Of a DNA stretch of 53,777 nucleotides, positions 50,426 to 53,777 are shown one piece after another. Both the position numbers and the translations under genes were made by a program. Origin of the DNA: a bacterium (GTDB lineage Bacteria; Patescibacteriota; Minisyncoccia; Minisyncoccales; UBA10102); contig JAQBTT010000001.1 in NCBI GenBank assembly GCA_027624865.1, forward strand, positions 1 to 53,777. Reading direction: 5' to 3'. The notes beneath the pieces are model-generated. The model ran no database searches and was not told the DNA's origin. It saw only the letters and a list, made by a program, of their open reading frames with translations. Positions within the stretch are counted from its first letter, which is position 1. Each line of letters begins with the position of its first letter.

Positions 50426-50552
50426 TGCATATTCTTGGCAACCAACCCTCAAAATCCCAGCGAGATTTTGGGGTCTGCACTCTCGGCAGTTTGTCTCGCT
50501 TCGCGAGAACCATGCCAAACTGCCTCCGAGAGCTTGCAGAATACGCACTACC
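50421..50552 (+). promoter_or_regulatory. 132-nt imperfect inverted repeat filling the grpE-dnaK spacer
   Basis: ggtagtgcatattct...ctgcactctcgg.cagtttg pairs with caaactgcctccgagagcttgcagaatacgcactacc. The centre is tctcgc-ttc-gcgaga. Confidence 0.55.
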
Positions 50553-50585
50553 TCGCTTAACAAGAAAGAAAACTACAACATTATT

Positions 50586-52463
50586 ATGGCAAAAATATTA
50601 GGCATTGATCTTGGAACAACATTCTCCGCTATGGCAATTATTGAAGGCGGAGAACCAAAAATTATCGAAAACAAAGAGGGAGCAAGAACTACCCCTTCTG
50701 TTGCGGCTTTAGCAAAGAACGGGGAGACGTTGGTGGGAGTGCAAGCAAGACGCCAACAGATAACAAATCCAGAAAACACCATCTCTCAGGTAAAGCGTCT
50801 TATGGGACGGCGGTTTGCCGACGCGGAAGTACAAAAAGACAAGAAACTCTTGCCTTATGCCATGCGTGAAGCAAAGGATGGAGGGGTAGAAATTAAAATG
50901 GGGGAAAAATGGTTAAAACCAGCCGAGATTTCTGCCATGGTTTTGCGAAAGCTCAAAGCAGATGCAGAAGAGAAGTTAGGAGAGACCATCACAGAAGCAA
51001 TTATTACCGTGCCTGCGTACTTTGATGACAGTCAAAGAAAGGAAACAAAGAGAGCAGGAGAGATTGCAGGGCTTGAAGTAAAAAGAGTACTCAACGAACC
51101 TACGGCAGCTGCACTAGCGTATGGCTTAAACAAGAAAAAAGATGAGAAAATTGTAGTGTATGATTTTGGTGGAGGAACCTTTGATATTTCTATCTTGGAA
51201 GTTTCCAAAGATACTATTGAGGTAAAAGCAACAGGAGGGGATACTCATCTTGGGGGAGAGGATTTTGATCAAAAAGTTATGGGTTGGCTCGTTGAGCAAT
51301 ACCAAAAGGAAGAAGGTATTGATTTAAGCAAAGATCCACTAGCGCTGCAGCGATTAAAAGAAGCAGCAGAAAAAGCAAAGATAGAGCTTTCAAGCTCCAT
51401 GGAAACTGAAATTAACCTTCCTTTCATTACCTCGGACGCTTCTGGTCCAAAGCATCTATACTTTAAAATGACGAGAGCGCAACTTGAGAGTTTGGTCGGC
51501 GAGTACATTGATAGGTCCATGGCATTGATGGAGCAAACCTTAAAGGAGGCTAAAGTTTCAGTGAAAGATATTGATGAAATTGTTTTGGTGGGAGGGCAAA
51601 CTCGTATGCCAGCGATTCAAGAAGCTACAAAGAAATTATTTGGAAAAGATCCAAATCGCAGCATTAACCCAGATGAGGTAGTTGCCTTGGGCGCTGCAGT
51701 GCAAGGAGGAATTTTGCAAGGAGACGTAAAAGATGTTCTGCTCCTTGATGTAACTCCTTTGTCTTTGGGTATTGAGACCCTTGGAGGAGTAAGCACACCT
51801 CTCATTACAAAGAACACCACGATACCTGCAACAAAATCTCAGGTGTTTTCTACGGCAGCAGATAATCAAACTTCAGTTGAGGTGCACGTTGTGCAAGGGG
51901 AGCGTCAAATGGCTGAAGGGAATAAGTCTCTTGGGAGATTTATCCTAGATGGTATTCCCCCAGCGCCAAGAGGAGTTCCACAAGTTGAGGTGAGCTTTGA
52001 CATTGATGCAAATGGTATTTTGAGTGTTATTGCAAAGGATAAGGCTTCTGGGAAAACTCAAACGATACGTATTGAGGGCTCTTCTGGTATCTCAGATGAA
52101 GAAGCAGAGCGTATGCGGAAGGATGCAGAAGCAAATGCACAGGAGGACAAAAAGCGAAAAGATATGGTGGAAGCACGAAACATGGCAGATACCTTAATCT
52201 ACACTGTAGAAAAAACAATGAAGGATGCTGGAGATAAAGTTTTGGAGCAAGATAAAAAAGATGTGGAAGAAAAGCTTGACGCTCTGCGTAAAGTAAAGGA
52301 TGGTGAAGTAATAGAGGATATGCAAAAGGCAACCCAAGAGCTTTCTGATGCAATTGGGAAAGTGGGAGCTTCTTTGAATCAAAAGGGGAAAGAGCAGGCT
52401 CCCGCAGAAGAAACAAAGGAGGACGAAAAGAAGCCAGAGGAAGGAGAGTTTAAAGAAAAATAA
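50586..52463 (+). CDS. dnaK: Chaperone DnaK (Hsp70)
   Basis: [16 protein letters not shown] and [10 protein letters not shown] signatures. Confidence 0.95.
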   Translation: MAKILGIDLGTTFSAMAIIEGGEPKIIENKEGARTTPSVAALAKNGETLVGVQARRQQITNPENTISQVKRLMGRRFADAEVQKDKKLLPYAMREAKDGGVEIKMGEKWLKPAEISAMVLRKLKADAEEKLGETITEAIITVPAYFDDSQRKETKRAGEIAGLEVKRVLNEPTAAALAYGLNKKKDEKIVVYDFGGGTFDISILEVSKDTIEVKATGGDTHLGGEDFDQKVMGWLVEQYQKEEGIDLSKDPLALQRLKEAAEKAKIELSSSMETEINLPFITSDASGPKHLYFKMTRAQLESLVGEYIDRSMALMEQTLKEAKVSVKDIDEIVLVGGQTRMPAIQEATKKLFGKDPNRSINPDEVVALGAAVQGGILQGDVKDVLLLDVTPLSLGIETLGGVSTPLITKNTTIPATKSQVFSTAADNQTSVEVHVVQGERQMAEGNKSLGRFILDGIPPAPRGVPQVEVSFDIDANGILSVIAKDKASGKTQTIRIEGSSGISDEEAERMRKDAEANAQEDKKRKDMVEARNMADTLIYTVEKTMKDAGDKVLEQDKKDVEEKLDALRKVKDGEVIEDMQKATQELSDAIGKVGASLNQKGKEQAPAEETKEDEKKPEEGEFKEK

Positions 52464-52465
52464 TA

Positions 52466-52554
52466 CCGCTGATATGTGCCGATTTTGCTGATTGATGCCG
52501 ATTCACTATATCTGGTATCAGCGTAAATCAGCCAGTATCAGCATTAATTAGCGG
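52466..52554. repeat. Stuttered-word palindrome (gctgat/gccgatt words against atcagc words)
   Basis: accgct...agcggt outer pair. gctgat x2 in the left arm and atcagc x3 in the right arm. Confidence 0.65.
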
Positions 52555-52570
52555 TGAGCGATAGCGAACA

Positions 52571-53662
52571 ATGAAAGATTACTATGAAATCCTTGGCGTG
52601 CAAAAGGGTGCTACCTTAGAGGATATTAAAAAAGCATATAGGAGATTGGCGCATAAACATCATCCAGATAAGGGTGGTGATGCTTCGCGCTTTAAAGAGG
52701 TTGCAGAGGCATATCAGATTCTTTCTGATACAGATAAAAGAGCTCAATATGATAAGTTTGGTAGGGTATTTGAGGGTGCTCCAGGGGTAGGAGGAGCCGG
52801 AGGATTCCAGTGGGGTTGGGGAGGAGGAGCTCCTCATGAACATGACTCAGAAGAGTTCTCAGAAGGCTTTGATTTTGATATCGGAGAAATATTTGAAGAT
52901 TTCTTTGGTGGGAGAGGTGAAAAAGATACTAAAAGTGGAAAAGATATTGAAGTTGAAATTGTAATACCTTTGGAAGCAACAGTGAAAGGGAAGGAAGAGA
53001 TTATCAATCTTTCAAAGTTTATAACATGCGCCAGGTGCCAAGGAGTAGGAGCGGAGCCTGCAACTAAGGTGAAGGAGTGTTTCTCTTGCCGTGGACAAGG
53101 ACAGGTTCAGCAAATTAAAAGAACCGTATTTGGTTCCTTTACTAAAGTTGGCTTATGTCCTGAATGTAAGGGAGAGGGATTAATTCCAGAGCATCCTTGT
53201 AACGTGTGTAAAGGTGAGGGAAGAATTAAGGGAGACGATGCCATTAAAGTGAAAATTCCTGCAGGAGTGGATAGCAATCAGATTTTAAAGATTATTGGAA
53301 AAGGAGATGTGGGGAGGAGAAAAGGAAAGGTAGGGGATTTGTACATTCGAGTATTTGTAAAACCCCATAATGTGTTTAAGAGAAAAGGAGATGATTTGTA
53401 TGTAAAAATGCCAATCTTGTTTTCACAAGCTGGTTTGGGAGACGAAATTGAGGCTGCAACTATTGAAGGAACCAAGATTCTTTTAACTATTCCACCAGGC
53501 ATTGAATCTGGGAGGGTGCTTCGGGTTACGGGAAAGGGAATTCCTCATTTCTCTGGCTTGGGTCGCGGGAATATGCTCGTTGAGATTGAGGTTGTTACTC
53601 CAACAAAACTTACAAAAGAGCAAAAAGAACTCTTAGAACGCTTGAAAAACGAGGGAATGTAA
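52571..53662 (+). CDS. dnaJ: Co-chaperone DnaJ
   Basis: J domain with HPD, a G/F-rich linker and four CxxCxGxG zinc-finger repeats. Confidence 0.95.
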   Translation: MKDYYEILGVQKGATLEDIKKAYRRLAHKHHPDKGGDASRFKEVAEAYQILSDTDKRAQYDKFGRVFEGAPGVGGAGGFQWGWGGGAPHEHDSEEFSEGFDFDIGEIFEDFFGGRGEKDTKSGKDIEVEIVIPLEATVKGKEEIINLSKFITCARCQGVGAEPATKVKECFSCRGQGQVQQIKRTVFGSFTKVGLCPECKGEGLIPEHPCNVCKGEGRIKGDDAIKVKIPAGVDSNQILKIIGKGDVGRRKGKVGDLYIRVFVKPHNVFKRKGDDLYVKMPILFSQAGLGDEIEAATIEGTKILLTIPPGIESGRVLRVTGKGIPHFSGLGRGNMLVEIEVVTPTKLTKEQKELLERLKNEGM

Positions 53663-53664
53663 GG

Positions 53665-53777
53665 TATATTATAGCCCAGTGCGATTTTACGGCTCACAAG
53701 AGCTTACTATATTATACCCTGGGCATTTTTTAACGCTCACCACGGAGGGTTCGCTAAAATGCCCGTTTGAAACAAGC
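53665..53777 (-). repeat. Dispersed repeat family, copy C (inverted orientation, runs off the window end)
   Basis: Its reverse complement matches 23605-23720 almost base for base (gcttgtttcaaacgg.cattttagcgaaccctccgtggtgagcgttaaaaaatgcccagggtataat.tagtaagctc...). Confidence 0.85.

Noticed and set aside
1-53777. Possible CRISPR arrays, given the many short repeats.
   Set aside because: No series of three or more identical 24-40-nt repeats separated by unique spacers of regular length was seen. The repeats are palindromic, stuttered words or dispersed copies, and no cas genes are present.
1-53777. An alternative genetic code (UGA recoding, as in some CPR lineages).
   Set aside because: TGA terminates well-conserved genes at the expected protein ends (for example 9752-9754, 19684-19686, 27202-27204 and the serS stop at 43344-43346). 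No conserved gene requires read-through of TGA.

Overview
AT-rich, gene-dense window, almost all on the + strand, that reads like a reduced Candidate Phyla Radiation / Patescibacteria (Parcubacteria-like) chromosome. This taxonomic call is inferred from gene content and rRNA architecture only. It carries housekeeping genes (ftsX, fabD, ftsZ, galU, gap, ppa, fba, rplY, prfA, rpmE, rpsB, tsf, mreC/mreD/PBP2, greA, lysS, serS, murF, a DegT aminotransferase, a FemAB-family gene, ftsQ, corA, grpE-dnaK-dnaJ), four tRNAs (Gln, Thr, Ile, Ala) and one physically split rRNA set. 16S-tRNAIle-tRNAAla lies at 20.2-23.8 kb and 23S-5S at 30.75-36.0 kb, each with its own promoter-like site and flanking processing stem. 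A nine-gene block separates them: a flavoprotein, a REC-REC / FIST / histidine kinase trio, an HMA-like protein, DUF378, Ni-superoxide dismutase sodN with its protease sodX, and a membrane protein. The rRNA genes are the most unusual part. (1) The 16S has an 869-nt intervening sequence with a LAGLIDADG ORF in the decoding centre. (2) The 23S has four group-I-like introns at sites equivalent to E. coli U1917 (with a LAGLIDADG ORF), U1931, about 2257-2263, and U2593. (3) The same ~122-nt hairpin module is inserted in both 16S and 23S. (4) An AT-rich 185-nt insertion with inverted GC hairpin ends sits in 23S domain I. (5) The canonical 5S gene is wrapped by a second, split 5S-like sequence. (6) A ~300-nt GC-rich element closed by a ~32-bp stem lies in the 16S leader. 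(7) The 16S 3' end reads CAUCA instead of the anti-Shine-Dalgarno CCUCC, and most genes lack an SD and sit 6-9 nt downstream of -10-like hexamers, which suggests leaderless or SD-independent initiation. Intergenic gaps are filled with perfect or stuttered-word palindromes. Some of these recur at distant loci, run into the 3' ends of ORFs, or occur in-frame inside a CDS (femAB-like gene). All coordinates of RNA features and intron boundaries were derived by eye against remembered E. coli rRNA sequences and may be off by a few nucleotides.
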